A DNA stretch of 64,000 nucleotides from contig CAVUQH010000003.1 in the NCBI GenBank assembly GCA_963743525.1, positions 1,120,001 to 1,184,000 of the forward strand, read 5' to 3'. Below, piece by piece: positions 13,254 through 24,715 of the stretch. Every line of letters begins with the position of its first letter. Position 1 is the first letter of the stretch. The stretch is from an uncultured delta proteobacterium (GTDB lineage: Bacteria > Myxococcota_A > Polyangia > Haliangiales > Haliangiaceae). The position numbers and the translations under genes were made by a program. Under the pieces are notes generated by a model that searched no databases, was not told where the DNA came from, and worked only from the letters and a program-made list of their open reading frames with translations.

Positions 13254-14233
13254 ATGCGCACCCGACTGACCGAGATCCTCGACATCGAGCACCCCGTGAT
13301 GCTCGCCGGCATGGGCGGCGTGTCCTACACCGACCTGGTGGCGGCGGTGTCCGAGGCCGGCGGCTTCGGCTGCCTCGGCGCCTCGACCATGGTCCGACGC
13401 CGAGCTCGACGCCCAGATGGCCGACGGTGCCGAGCCCGCACCGACCAAGCCCTACGGCGTCGACCTGCTCACCGCCGCCCCGAGCGACCTCGACGCCAAG
13501 GTCGAGCGCATCATCGCCGCGCGGCGCCACCGTGTACGTCGCCGGCCTGGGCGTGCCCCGCGAGGTGGTCGACCTGTGCCACGCCACAACGTGCTGGTCG
13601 TGAACATGTGCGGCAAGGTCCGCCACGCCATCGCCGCCGTCGAGGCCGGCTGCGACATCGTCGTGGCCCAGGGCACCGAGGCCGGCGGGCACACCGGGCA
13701 CGCATCGCCACCATCGCCCTGGTCCCCCAGATCGTCGACGCCGTCGGCGACCGGGTGCCGGTGGTCGCCGCCGGCGGCATCTTCGACGGGCGGGGCCTGG
13801 CCGCCGCGCTCACCCTCGGCGCCGACGGCATCTGGGTGGGCACCCGCTTCATCGCCACGCCCGAGGCCCACGCCGTCCCCGGCTACAAGGAGCGCGCTGC
13901 TGGGCATGGCCGAGGACGGCACCGATCGTCACCCGGGCCTACACCGGCAAGACCTGCCGGGTGGTGCGCAACGGCTACACCCAGCAGTTCGAGGCCGCCG
14001 GCGGCGCAGCCCGAGCCGTTCCCCATGCAGGTCCTCAAGTCGATGGAGGACGGGGCCAACCACCTCGGCGCCGAGGGCCGACCCGACCGACGTCGACCCC
14101 GACAAGGAGTTCATGCCCGCCGGCCAGGGCGTCGGCGGCATCGACGAGCTGGTCCCGGCCGGCCAACCTGGTGGAGCGCTTCGTCGACGAGGCCGAGGAG
14201 TCGCTGGCGAAGGCGCAGCGCACCCTCGCCTGA
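13254..14233 (+). CDS. Nitronate monooxygenase / FabK-like flavoprotein; frameshifted
   Basis: MRTRLTEILDIEHPVMLAGMGGVS; AQGTEAGGHTG; VVAAGGIFDGRGLAAAL; GTRFIAT. Confidence 0.88.
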
Positions 14234-14726
14234 CTACCCACCCAGACGCTGGCGGGCGGCCTTGGAGCGCTCGATCAGATGCCGCGGGGATCGGGACACC
14301 GTTGACCGTGGCGCCGTCGCCGCCGCCACCACCGCCGCCGGCCTCGGCGTCGGCCTCGGTCTCGTCGACCTCGGGCTCGTCGAACACGCCCGATGCCAGG
14401 GCCTGGTCGCGCAGGCGGCAGAACGTGTCGTACTCCTTGGCCGGCGCCAGATGGGGCCGGTTGATCGAGCCCAGGTCGACACGGTTGTCCCACAGCACGT
14501 GGTAGCGGATCCACGGGCCCCAACCGTCGACCAGGGCCACCTTGCCCGTGGTCCCCTGGGGCACGCCGGGCAGATCGGTGAACGCGGCCACCTTCGACTT
14601 GCGCTTGAGCTCGAAGTCGTTGCCGATCTCGGCGGCGATCTCCGCGGCGCTGACGTCGGAGGCGGGACGCTCCACGGTCTCGGTCGGCTCCTCGACGGGC
14701 TGCTCGACGATCGTCATGGCGCTCAT
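14234..14726 (-). CDS. Hypothetical protein (small beta domain plus acidic linker); one frameshift near the end
   Basis: DLPGVPQGTTGKVALVDGWGPWIRYHVLWDN..GSI, then HLIERSKAARQRLGG in another frame. Confidence 0.65.
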
Positions 14727-14766
14727 GCTGGCACGTGTCCGGCGCCGGCCGGTAACTCGCGAGCCG

Positions 14767-15954
14767 TCACGACCGTGCCGACCGGTGCGCCTCTGACCAG
14801 GACTTCCCCGACTCGACGTCGAGGTCGTGGGGCAGGCCCAGCACCCGCTCGGCGAGGATGTTGCGCTGCACGTCGCCCGGTGCCGCCGCCGATGGTGAGC
14901 GCCGGGGCGAACAGGTAGCCGCAGTGCCACCCGTGCAGGTCGGGGGCGCCGCAGCGGCCCGGCGTCGGTCGAGCATGCCGTCCGGGCCGGCCAGGTCCTT
15001 GGCCAGCTCCATGATCGCGCTGGCCGTGCTCGTCGGCCAGGATCTTGCGGATCGACGCCTCGGGACCGGGCTGCTCGCCCCGGATGCGGGCGGTCACCGT
15101 GCGCAGGCGGATGAGGCGCAGGAGTCTCGGACTCGATGTGGAGCTGGGCCAGCCGGTCGCGCAGCACCGGGTCGTCGACGCCGCCCGCGGCCCGGACCAC
15201 GTCGAGCAGGTCGTCGGCGGTCGGGCCCATGCCCCACAGCGGCCCCGCCGGACGACAGCGACACCCGCTCGTTGCCGAGCGTGACCTTGGCCAGCGACCA
15301 GCCGCCGTTCGACGTCGCCGACCAGGTTCTCGTCGGGGATGCCGCACGTCGGTCGAGGAAGACCTCGTTGAACGTGTGCCCGCCGGTCATCTCGATGATC
15401 GGCCGGACCTCGATGCCCGGCGGCGTCCATCGGGCAGATGAAGTAGGTGATGCCCTGGTGCTTGGCGCACGTCGGGGTCGGTGCGGGCGATGAGGATGCC
15501 GAACCGGCGAGTGGTGGGCCAGCGAGGTCCAGATCTTCTGGCCGTTGACGACCCACTCGTCGCCGTCGCGCACCGCCCGGGTGGCGAGGTTGGCCAGGTC
15601 GGAGCCGGCGCCGGGCTCGGAGAACAGCTGGCACCAGATCTCCTCGCCCGCCAGCAGCGGGAACAGGTAGCGGTCCTTCTGCTCCGGCGGTGCCGGCGTG
15701 CAGGATCGTCGGGCCGGCCCAGCCGATGCCGATCGGGTTCGACGGGCGGCGCACCCCGGCCGCGCCGCAGCTCGTCGTCGATGAGGATCTGGTGGATCGG
15801 GTCGGCGTCGAGGCCCCACGGGCGCGGGCCAGTGCGGGGCCACGTAGCCGGCCTCGGCCAGCTGCGCGGCCGGTGGGCGTCGGGGTGCTCGGCCAGCCAG
15901 TCGCGCACCGCCGACGCGGCGGGGATCGTCGTCGCCGGGGAAGTCGAAGTCCAC
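14767..15954 (-). CDS. Acyl-CoA dehydrogenase; frameshifted
   Basis: WCQLFSEPGAGSDLA, NGQKIWTS, FNEVF, TIGGGT..VQRNILAERVLGLP. Confidence 0.9.
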
Positions 15955-16168
15955 GCCGGCACCCTAGGTGGAGCGGGTCGGTGCGCTGGTCAGCGGCATC
16001 CGGAGACCGCCGCACAACCGATCTCGCAGGAGTTTTCTTCCCGCAACCGAGAAGTTTTCGGGGTAGCATCGGAAGCTGGGCTTGTACCGGTGTCCCCCGC
16101 CTCGGCAAGACCTTTCCTTCGCACGTTCCCGAACGCATCCACCCAAGACCCTGGAGGTCGTCGTTCCC

Positions 16169-17111
16169 GTGAGTCCCGCAGCACGCGCCACACGCTCAGG
16201 TGAATCCGACGAGGACATCGTCCGGCTGTACCTGAACGACATCGGGCGCCACGCTCTGCTCACCAAGGAGGACGAGGCCCGCCTCGGCGCTCTGGTGCAA
16301 GCCGGAGTCGAGGCCCGCGAGCGGCTGGCCGCCGACGAGGAGCTGTCCCCGTCCGAGAAGGCCAAGATGCGTCGCCAGGTCCGGGCGCGGCGACCGCGCC
16401 ACCGAGCAGTTCGTCAACGCGAACCTGCGCCTCGTGGTCTCCATCGCCAAGAAGTACCACCGCACCGAGCTGCCGCTGCTGGATCTCATCCAGGAGGGCA
16501 ACCTCGGCCTGATCCACGCGGTCGAGAAGTTCGACCACCGCAAGGGCTTCAAGTTCTCCACCTACGCCACGTGGTGGATCCGCCAGGCCATCACCCGCGG
16601 CGTGGCCAACACCGCCCGCACCATCCGCCTCCCGGTGCACGCCCACGACCTGCTCAAGCAGATCGACAAGGCCCGCGGCATGCTCGAGTCCAAGCTCGGC
16701 CGCCCGCCCACACTCGACGAGCTCTCCGTCGAGGTCGGCCACCCGCCGGCCAAGATCGAGGAGATCCTCGCGTCGGCCCGCATCGCCAAGTCGCTCGACG
16801 ACGGCCTGTCCGACGACGGCGACATGACGCTGGGCGACCTGGCCGCCGTGGCCGAGGACGACCCCGAGGGCGACGCCGTCACCGAGGCCACCCGCGGCGA
16901 CGTGCTCGCCGGCCTCAAGGGCCTCGACGAGCGCGAGCAGCGCATCCTGATCCTGCGCTACGGCCTCGACGGCCACGAGCCCCGCACCCTCGACGAGGTC
17001 GGTCGCCACTTCGACCTCACCCGTGAGCGCATCCGCCAGATCGAGGCCCGGGCCATGAGCAAGCTGCGTCACCCGGCCAACGCCGGCATCCTCGCCGACC
17101 TCGCCTCCTGA
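16169..17111 (+). CDS. RNA polymerase sigma-70 factor (group 1/2-like, no region 1.1); one frameshift near 16387
   Basis: [11 protein letters not shown] (1.2); [34 protein letters not shown] (2); [15 protein letters not shown] (4); GGAGG upstream of GTG. Confidence 0.92.
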
Positions 17112-17141
17112 ATCTGGCAGCTCCCGCGTACCAACGCTGAC

Positions 17142-17167
17142 CGAGGCCCCGCTGCGGCGGGGCCTCG
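17142..17167. terminator. GC-rich hairpin after the sigma gene, putative terminator
   Basis: CGAGGCCCCGC-TGCG-GCGGGGCCTCG, perfect 11-bp stem between convergent genes; no U-tract. Confidence 0.6.
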
Positions 17168-17203
17168 TCGCGCCCGACCGCCGACGAACCACGATCCAGA
17201 CCC

Positions 17204-17253
17204 GAACCGGCGTGTGGATCTGCCACGTCGTGGTCGTGGTCCCACGCCAGAAC
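17204..17253. repeat. Degenerate ~50-bp palindromic (REP-like) element
   Basis: GAACCGGCGTG...CACGCCAGAAC; right end CCAGAACGG also follows the hmgA element. Confidence 0.45.
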
Positions 17254-17260
17254 GGCGAGG

Positions 17261-18178
17261 TCAGGAGGGGGGAAGGCCTCGCCCCACCGCGTCAACCCCG
17301 CAGAGCTGCTGCCATGCTGCGCTGACGCCCCCGCGACCGAAGACCCCGGCGTCGAGCAGCACCCGCAGCACGGGGCGGGTGGCCTCGTGTCGCAGCGCGA
17401 CGCGGGGGCCGCCCGCTGGACAGCCTCCCAGGTCTCCCGGCCGGGAAGGCCCACCACCTCGTACGCACCGGGCGGGACGAGGAAGCGGAACAGCTCGCCG
17501 ATGACCCAGGGGGCGACCCGACGCACGGCCTGCCGGTCGATCCAACCGGCGTCGGCCCACACCTCGGGGTAGACGGCCCGGGCGTACGAGAGGTGCCGCG
17601 CCTCCTCCGAGCGGTGGTACCGGTTGACCTCGGCGAGGAACGGGTCGGTGTCGGGGTGCTCGCAGGCCCGCTTCTGGAGGAGGTCGGGGATCTCCTCGCC
17701 GGCGAGCGACGAGCGTGTGCAGCAGGGCGGGGAGAGCGACGATCAGGTGCGGCCCTACCCGCTCCAGCGTGCGCTCGAACCAGCCGAGCTCGGTCGGCTC
17801 GGCCTGCGGGTCGAGTTGGCGCAGCACCCGCTGGAACATCCGCTGGTGGCGGGTCTCCTCCCCGATCTCGTGGAGCAGGAAGGTGATGCGAGGGTCGGTG
17901 GGCGCCGCGGAGCTCGCGATCTGCATCGAGAAGCCGGCGTTGAGCACGGCCTCGAACGCGATGCCGGACCGGAGCATGGCCGCCACCTCCTCACGGCTCA
18001 GCGTCGCCCGCTGCTCGGGCGTGAGGTCGAGGCCGAGCCCGTGCACCGACAGGAGCTCGTCGGGCACGATCTGGCCCGGCCCGATCGCTCCGGGCAGGTC
18101 GGTGTCAGGGTCGATGACCCGGTTGGCGGCGGCGGTGGACAGGCGCTCGATGCGCCCGGCGATCGTGTCTGTCCCCAT
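17261..18178 (-). CDS. AurF-like diiron oxygenase; frameshifted
   Basis: LSREE, FEAVL, HEIGEETRHQRMF, GEEIPD and EEARH ferritin-like ExxH motifs. Confidence 0.8.
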   Translation of the reverse strand: MGTDTIAGRIERLSTAAANRVIDPDTDLPGAIGPGQIVPDELLSVHGLGLDLTPEQRATLSREEVAAMLRSGIAFEAVLNAGFSMQIASSAAPTDPRITFLLHEIGEETRHQRMFQRVLRQLDPQAEPTELGWFERTLERVGPHLIVALPALLHTLVARRRGDPRPPPEAGLRAPRHRPVPRRGQPVPPLGGGAAPLVRPGRLPRGVGRRRLDRPAGRASGRPLGHRRAVPLPRPARCVRGGGPSRPGDLGGCPAGGPRVALRHEATRPVLRVLLDAGVFGRGGVSAAWQQLCGVDAVGRGLPPS

Positions 18179-18235
18179 CTCGACCATCGAACCCGACAGA
18201 ACGGATGTCCGCAATGTCCGGATCCGTGGTATCCG

Positions 18236-19527
18236 TCACGCGTGCCGCTCACCGGTCGCCACCGGCGCCGGTTCGACGTCGGCGGCCGAGTAGCGCACGA
18301 AGCCGGGCAACAGACGGGCCATGGCGAGCATCGCTACCACGCAGGCGACGCCGCCGGACACGATGGCGAACTCGACCGAGGTGACGGCGGCGACCACGCC
18401 CGACTCCAGCTCGCCCAGGCGGGGGCCGCCCGTCCACACCGCCATGCCGACCCCCTCCATGCGACCCACCAGCTCGGGCGGGCTGGCCAGCTGCAGCATC
18501 GCCTGGCGGGAGATGCCCGAGATCATGTCGGCGGCACCGCCGACGGCGAGCATGCCCAGCGTGAGGGCGATGCCGTCCACCAGGCCGAACGCGGTCATGG
18601 CCAAGCCCCACACCACGATGCTGACCGTCACGACCAGGCCGTGCCGGCGGATCTGCCGGGACCAGCCGCTGGCCAGCGCTGGCCAGCAGCGACCCGGCGA
18701 AGGGGGCGGCGTAGAGCAGGCCCAGCACCTCGGGTTGGTCGGGGAAGCGCGACGCGGCGACGGCCGGGAACAGGGCCATCGGGAGCGCCGAAGACCATGG
18801 CGTTGAGGTCGGAGGCGAAGGACCCGAGCAGCACGGGCTGGCGACGCAGGTGGCGCAGGCCGTCGAGGATCGAGCTCGAACGTCGGGTGGCCGCCGACGA
18901 TCTGGGGGTGCAGGGGGCGGATCCGGGAGATGAGCACGCCGGCGGCGACGAAGGTCGCGGCGTCGACGAGGTAGGTCCAGGTCGGTCCGCCGACCAGGCG
19001 ATGATCACGCCGGCGACGGCGGGTCCGGCCACATGGGCGATGCTGCCCGACATCGCCTTGAGCGCCATGGCCGAGGCCACGTGGTCGCGGCCGACCACCC
19101 GGATGACCGACGCTCGCTCGGCGGGGGCGCCCAGGGCGAACGCGCACACGTTGGATGCGCCGAGCACGAAGATGGCCACCACGCTCGGGTGGTCCAAGGC
19201 GACGCGTTGGCGGACCAGGCCGAGCGCGGTGAGCATGCCGAGTCCCTGGCACCCGACGATCCAGCGGCGGCGCTCGACCTTGTCGGCGATGGCGCCACCG
19301 ACCACGTTGAGCACCAGCAGCGGAACGAGGTGACGCGCGCCGAAGAGGCCGATGGCCAGCGTCGAGCCGGTCAGGTCGTAGAGCTGGAACGGCACGGCGA
19401 CCGTGGTGAAGGCGCTGCCGAACTGGCTGATGGCCGTGCCCGCGTACAGGAACCGGAAGTCGCGTGACTGCCGCAGCGGCGTGACGTCGACGGCCAGGGC
19501 CGCCAGCCGGTGACGGACGCCGCGCAC
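18236..19527 (-). CDS. MFS transporter (EntS/MFS_3-like); frameshifted
   Basis: [49 protein letters not shown]. Confidence 0.85.
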
Positions 19528-19586
19528 CGGGGAACGCTAGCGACCACGAAGGAGGTCCGGCGGCCGGTTTCCCTACGATGCGCCGC

Positions 19587-21250
19587 ATGCCGGAACGGAT
19601 GGAACTTCGCCGACGTCTGGGAGACGGTCGCCGAGACCATCCCGGACGCGCCGGCCCTGATCCACGGCGACGCGGTCGCGCACCTGGGCCGACTTCGACG
19701 CGCGGGCCGACGGGGTGGCCGCCGCGCCTGCTGGACGCCGGGCGTGCGAGCGAGGGCACAAGCGTCGCCCAGTACCTCTACAACGGCCCGGAGTACCTCG
19801 AGGCGGTGTTCGCCGCGTTCAAGCCGGGCTGGCGCCGGTGAACACCAACTACCGCTACGTCGAGGACGAGCTGGTCTACCTGTGGGACAACGCCGACGCC
19901 GTCGGCGGTGGTGTTCCACGGCGCGTTCGCCGAGCGCATCGAGCACATCCGCGACCGGGTGCCCGAGCGTGCGGGTCTGGCTGTGGGTCGACGACGGCGC
20001 CGGCACCGTGCCCCGACTGGGCCGACGCCTACGAGGCCGCGGCCGGCCGGCGGCGCCGGCCGCACGGTCGGCGCCGTGGGGCCGCTCCGGCGACGACCTC
20101 TACCTGCTCTACACCGGCGGCACCACCGGCATGCCCAAGGGCGTGATGTGGCGCAACGACGACCTGCTCCTGGTGCTCAACGACGGCGCGCCGCCGGCAG
20201 CGCCGGCTGCCCGAGGAGCCCGACCTCGACCACGTCCGCCAGGTCGTGCTCCTCCGCCCGGCATCCGCACGCTGCCGGCCTGCCCGCTGATGCACGGCAC
20301 CGGCGCGTTCAACGCCTTCACCGCCCTGACCGTCGGCGGGTCGGTGGTCACCCTCGACCGGCCGCCACTTCGACGCCGGTCGAGCTGCTCGACGCCGTCG
20401 AGCGCAAGCGGCGTCAACAACACCGCCATCGTCGGCGACGCCTTCGCCCGGCCGATCCTGCGCGCGCTCGACGCCGAGACCCGGACCGCTGGGACATCTC
20501 GTCGCCTCAAGGTCGTCGTGTCCTCCGGCGTCATGTGGAGCCAGGCCACCAAGCAGGGCCTGCTCCGCCACAACCCCGGCGATGCTGCTGGTCGACACGC
20601 TCGGCTCCTCCGAGGCCATCGGCATGGCCAGCTCGGTGTCGACGGCCGGCGACGGCGGCACCAGCGCGGCCACCGCGACCTTCACCCTCGGCCCGTCCAC
20701 CAAGGTCATCGCCGACGACGGCACCGAGGTGCACCCGGGCGAGCGACGCATCGGCAAGATCGCCATCGCGCGGCCGGCACGCCGGTCGGCTACTACAAGG
20801 ACCCGGCAGAAGTCGGCCGAGACCTTCGTGCGCATCGACGACGCCACCTACTCCATGCCCGGCGACTACGCCCGGGTCGAGGCCGACGGCACGCTCGTCC
20901 TGCTCGGCCGGGGCTCGGTGTGCATCAACACCGGCGGCGAGAAGGTCTTCCCCGAGGAGGTCGAGGAGGCGCTCAAGGAGCACGCCGACGTCCACGACGC
21001 CGTCGTCGTCGGGCTCCCCGACGAGCGCTTCGGCCAGGCCATCACCGCCGTGGTCGAGCCGAGCCCGGCGCCGACCTCGACGAGGACGAGCTCATCGCCC
21101 ACGTCAAGGCCCACCACGCCGCCTACAAGGCCCCCAAGCGGATCGTGTTCGTCGACTCGCATCGGCCGGGCCGCCAACGGCAAGGTCGACTACAAGCGCT
21201 GGACCGCCCACGCCGCCGACGAGCTCGACGTCCCGCCTCCCCTCCGAATC
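19587..21250 (+). CDS. Acyl-CoA synthetase (FadD19-like); frameshifted, end approximate
   Basis: [53 protein letters not shown]. Confidence 0.88.
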
Positions 21251-21297
21251 TGGTCGTCGGTCCCGCTCACCACAGGTGTCGAGCAGCGACGAGATTC
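21246..21297. repeat. ~52-bp palindromic (REP-like) element
   Basis: GAATCTGGTCG...CGACGAGATTC, terminal 11-bp arms with one mismatch. Confidence 0.5.
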
Positions 21298-21334
21298 TCA
21301 GCGGGGGTCGGCAACGGGCGTAGCCTCGACCGCC

Positions 21335-22232
21335 ATGACGTCTCGGCTTCGACGGCAAGGTCGCGATCATCACCGGCGCCGGCGGTGGCCTCGGCCGCTC
21401 CCACGCCCTCGAGCTGGCCCGGCGCGGCGCGCTACGTCGTGGTCAACGACCTCGGCGGCTCGGTCGACGGCGTCGGCGGCGACGACTCCGCCGCCCAGAA
21501 GGTCGTCGACGAGATCAAGGCCGCCGGCGGCGAGGCCGTCGCCAACCACGACTCGGTGGCCACCCCCGAGGGCGGCAAGGCCATCGTCCAGACGGCGCTC
21601 GACACCTGGGACACGGGTCGACATCGTCATCAACAACGCCGGCATCCTGCGCGACACCAGCTTCGCCAAGATGACGCCCGAGCAGCTCGAGCCGGTGCTC
21701 GACGTGCACCTCAAGGGCGCCTTCTACGTGACCCAGCCCGCCTTCGTGCACATGAAGGAGCAGGGCTACGGCCGCATCGTCAACACCTCGCTCCGGCGCC
21801 GGCATCTTCGGCAACTTCGGCCAGACCAACTACGGCGCCGCCAAGATGGGCCTGGTCGGCCTCACCAACGTCCTCGCCGTCGAGGGCGCCAAGTACAACA
21901 TCAAGGCCAACGCCATCGCCCCGGTCGCCGAGACCCGCATGACCGAGGACCTCCTCGGCCCGCTCGCCGACAAGCTCGGCCCCGAGTACATCACCCCGGT
22001 CGTGGCGCTACCTGGCCCACGAGGACTGCGACGGTCACCGGCGAGATCTACACGCTGCGGCGGCGGCCGCGTCGCCCGCGTCTTCATCGGCGTCACCCAG
22101 GGCTTCACCGACACCGAGCTGTCGGTCGAGACGATCGCCGAGCACCTCGCCGAGATCCGCGACGAGGACGGCTACGAGGTCCCGGCCAACCTCACCGAGG
22201 AGATGGGCATGACGCTGAAGGCGCTCAGCTAG
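21335..22232 (+). CDS. SDR oxidoreductase (3-hydroxyacyl-CoA dehydrogenase, MFE-2-like); frameshifted
   Basis: [38 protein letters not shown]. Confidence 0.88.
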
Positions 22233-22343
22233 CGCCCGCCGCTGCCCGACCGGGGCGCCGGTGCCGGCCCGGACTCCGCCAGGTTCTCAAGGATTCGTCG
22301 GTTCGTACCGATATGAGGGGGAACCTGGCGAGAGGGCAGGCTA

Positions 22344-24709
22344 GTGACGACCTTGGAGAGCACCCTGAAACCCGTGGCCGTGGCCTCGGCGCGGCCCCGG
22401 ACGGTGACGCTCCGGTCGGCTGCGTCACCGGTCGCACTCGTCTTCGTCACGGTCGTGACCGCCGGCGTCGCGCCCTCGCCGGTGCGCGTCGCCACCGCGC
22501 TGGCCGTCATCGCCATCGTCGGTGCGCCGCTCGTCCTGCGTCGCGCCCCGTGTTCCCCGGCCAGCTGCAGCTCGGCGTGGCCGTCGCCGTGCTGGGGTTC
22601 ACCGGCGGTGGCATCGCCACCGGGGTCGAGAGCACCGGGTGGCGGCCGCTGGTGGCCATCCTCGCCTACCCGTTGCTGGTGCAGTCGCTGCTCGGTGAGG
22701 TGGCCCGCTTCCGCCTGGTTCGCCGATCGGACCTGCTCGTGGAAGCCGCCCTCATCGGGGCCGCCACCGCCATCGTGCTCCAGGCCGGCATCGAGTGGCA
22801 GGCCGGCGCCGACCCGTCGATCGGCGCCATCGCCCGCAGCGGGCTCCCCGCCCTCCTCGTCGGCCTCGACATCGCGGTCATCGTGGTCGCTTCGTGGTCA
22901 CTGCGGGTGCCGGCCGCCCGTCGCGGACCGCTCGGCGTGATCGCCGCCGGGCTCGTGGCCCTGTTCTGCGGCCACGCCCTCACCGCGATCCAGCTCGGCA
23001 CCGGCGCCGGCCCGGCCTCGGGCACCCACGCCGAATGGCTGGTGGTGCTCGCCATGGTCGCGGTCGGAGCAGCGGCCATCCAGGCCACGATCGCTCCCAC
23101 GTCACCGGAGACGGTCGCCGAGCCACCGTTGTTCTCCCACGGGCACGCCGCCCTCGTGGTGATCTCGTTGCTGGCCGCACCGACGGTCCTGGCCGTGCAC
23201 GCCGTCAACGGCATCGGTGTGTCCACCACCATCGCCACGGGTACCGGCGTCAGCGGCCTGGTCCTGGCCAACTACCTGATCGAGCTGCTGCGTGAACGGG
23301 CCGACGGCGAGCACCAGGCCACCCACGACGTGCTCACCGATCTCCCCAACCGCCTCCTGTTCATGGACCGGCTCGAACGGGCCATCGCCCACGCCGGCCG
23401 CAACGACAAGCCGGTCGGCGTGCTGTACATCGATCTCGACCGCTTCAAGGACGTGAACGACACGCTCGGCCACCACGTCGGTGACCAGCTGCTCCGCATC
23501 ACGTCCCAGCGGCTCCTCGACGCCGTGCGCTACGAGGACACGGTGGCCCGGCTCGGCGGCGACGAGTTCGCCGTGCTGCTCCCCCATCTCGCCGCCGCCG
23601 ACGACATCGTCCAGGTGGCCGAGCGGATCCTCGCCAACCTGGGCGAGCCCATCGAGTTGGCCGGACACAAGATGCGCAACCCGGCGAGCCTGGGTGCCGC
23701 CACCTTCCCCACCGACGGTGCCGACCCCGAAGCGCTGCTCGCCGCTGCGGACGGCGCCATGTACCGGGCCAAGGAGCTCGACGGTCCGGCGGTGGTGGCC
23801 TGCAGCACCCAGCCGGTCTCCGACGCCGCCGAACGACTGGAGACCGAGACCGCCCTGCACGCCGCCATCGGCAACGACGAGCTCGTGTTGTTCTACCAAC
23901 CGATCTTCGACGCCCAGAGCGAGAGCGTCGTCGGCGCCGAGGCGCTGGTCCGCTGGAACCACCCGGAGAAGGGCCTGCTCGGTCCCGGCCAGTTCATCCC
24001 GGTGGCCGAGAAGTCGGACCTCATCGTCATGGTCGGTGCGTGGGTCGTCGCCGAGGCGTGCCGGGAGCAGGTGCGCTGGGCCAAGCTCGGCTTCGGTGAC
24101 CGGTTCATCACCGTCAACATCAGCGCCAAGCACTTCAACCACGACGTGGTGTCGACCGTGACCGCCGCCCTTCGGGCGACGGGCGCCGACCCCAGCAAGA
24201 TCATCGTCGAGGTGACCGAGAGCGCCGCGGTCGACGACATCGAGCTCATCGCCGCCCGCCTGCAGGAACTGCGTGATCTCGGCGTGCGCTCCGCGCTGGA
24301 CGACTTCGGCACCGGCTACTGCGGCCTGCAGTACCTCAGCGACCTGCCGGTCGACACCCTGAAGATCGACCGGTCGTTCGTGCAGTCCATGACCCCCCGG
24401 TCGGCGGCCATCGTCGACGCCACCATCGCCATGTCCCACAGCCTCGGCCTGAAGGTGGTCGCCGAGGGTGTCGAGACGTCCGAACAGCAGCGCTTCCTCC
24501 AGCACCAGGGTTGTGACCGCCTGCAGGGCTTCCATCTGGGACGCCCCGTGCCGGCCGACGAGTTCGTCGAGCGGTTCCTGGGCGGCGTGCGTGCGCTGCT
24601 CAGCCGCCCACCCGCCGGTGCGGCGACGCCGGCACCTGCCCAACCCCCGGCACCGGCACCGGCTGCCGTTCGCCAGACGAGCCACGCCGCCAGCCACGCC
24701 GCCGGCTGA
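22344..24709 (+). CDS. Membrane-bound diguanylate cyclase/phosphodiesterase (multi-TM + GGDEF + EAL); one frameshift near 22550
   Basis: HDVLTDLPNR, DLDRFKDVNDTLGH, RLGGDEF, GAEALVRW, DDFGTGY, KIDRSF, VAEGVE. Confidence 0.92.
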
Positions 24710-24715
24710 GCCGGC

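Noticed and set aside
13254..14918. Long overlapping or antisense ORFs here and throughout (e.g. 2733-4721, 23102-24697)
   Set aside because: Expected stop-poor shadow frames in very high-GC DNA; no motifs and Arg/Gly/Pro-biased composition
20582..24709. 1375-aa ORF suggesting an acyl-CoA ligase-SDR-GGDEF-EAL fusion
   Set aside because: Chimera of three frameshifted genes; the intervening stretches are off-frame Arg/Pro-rich sequence, and the SDR has its own start signal and stop (22232)
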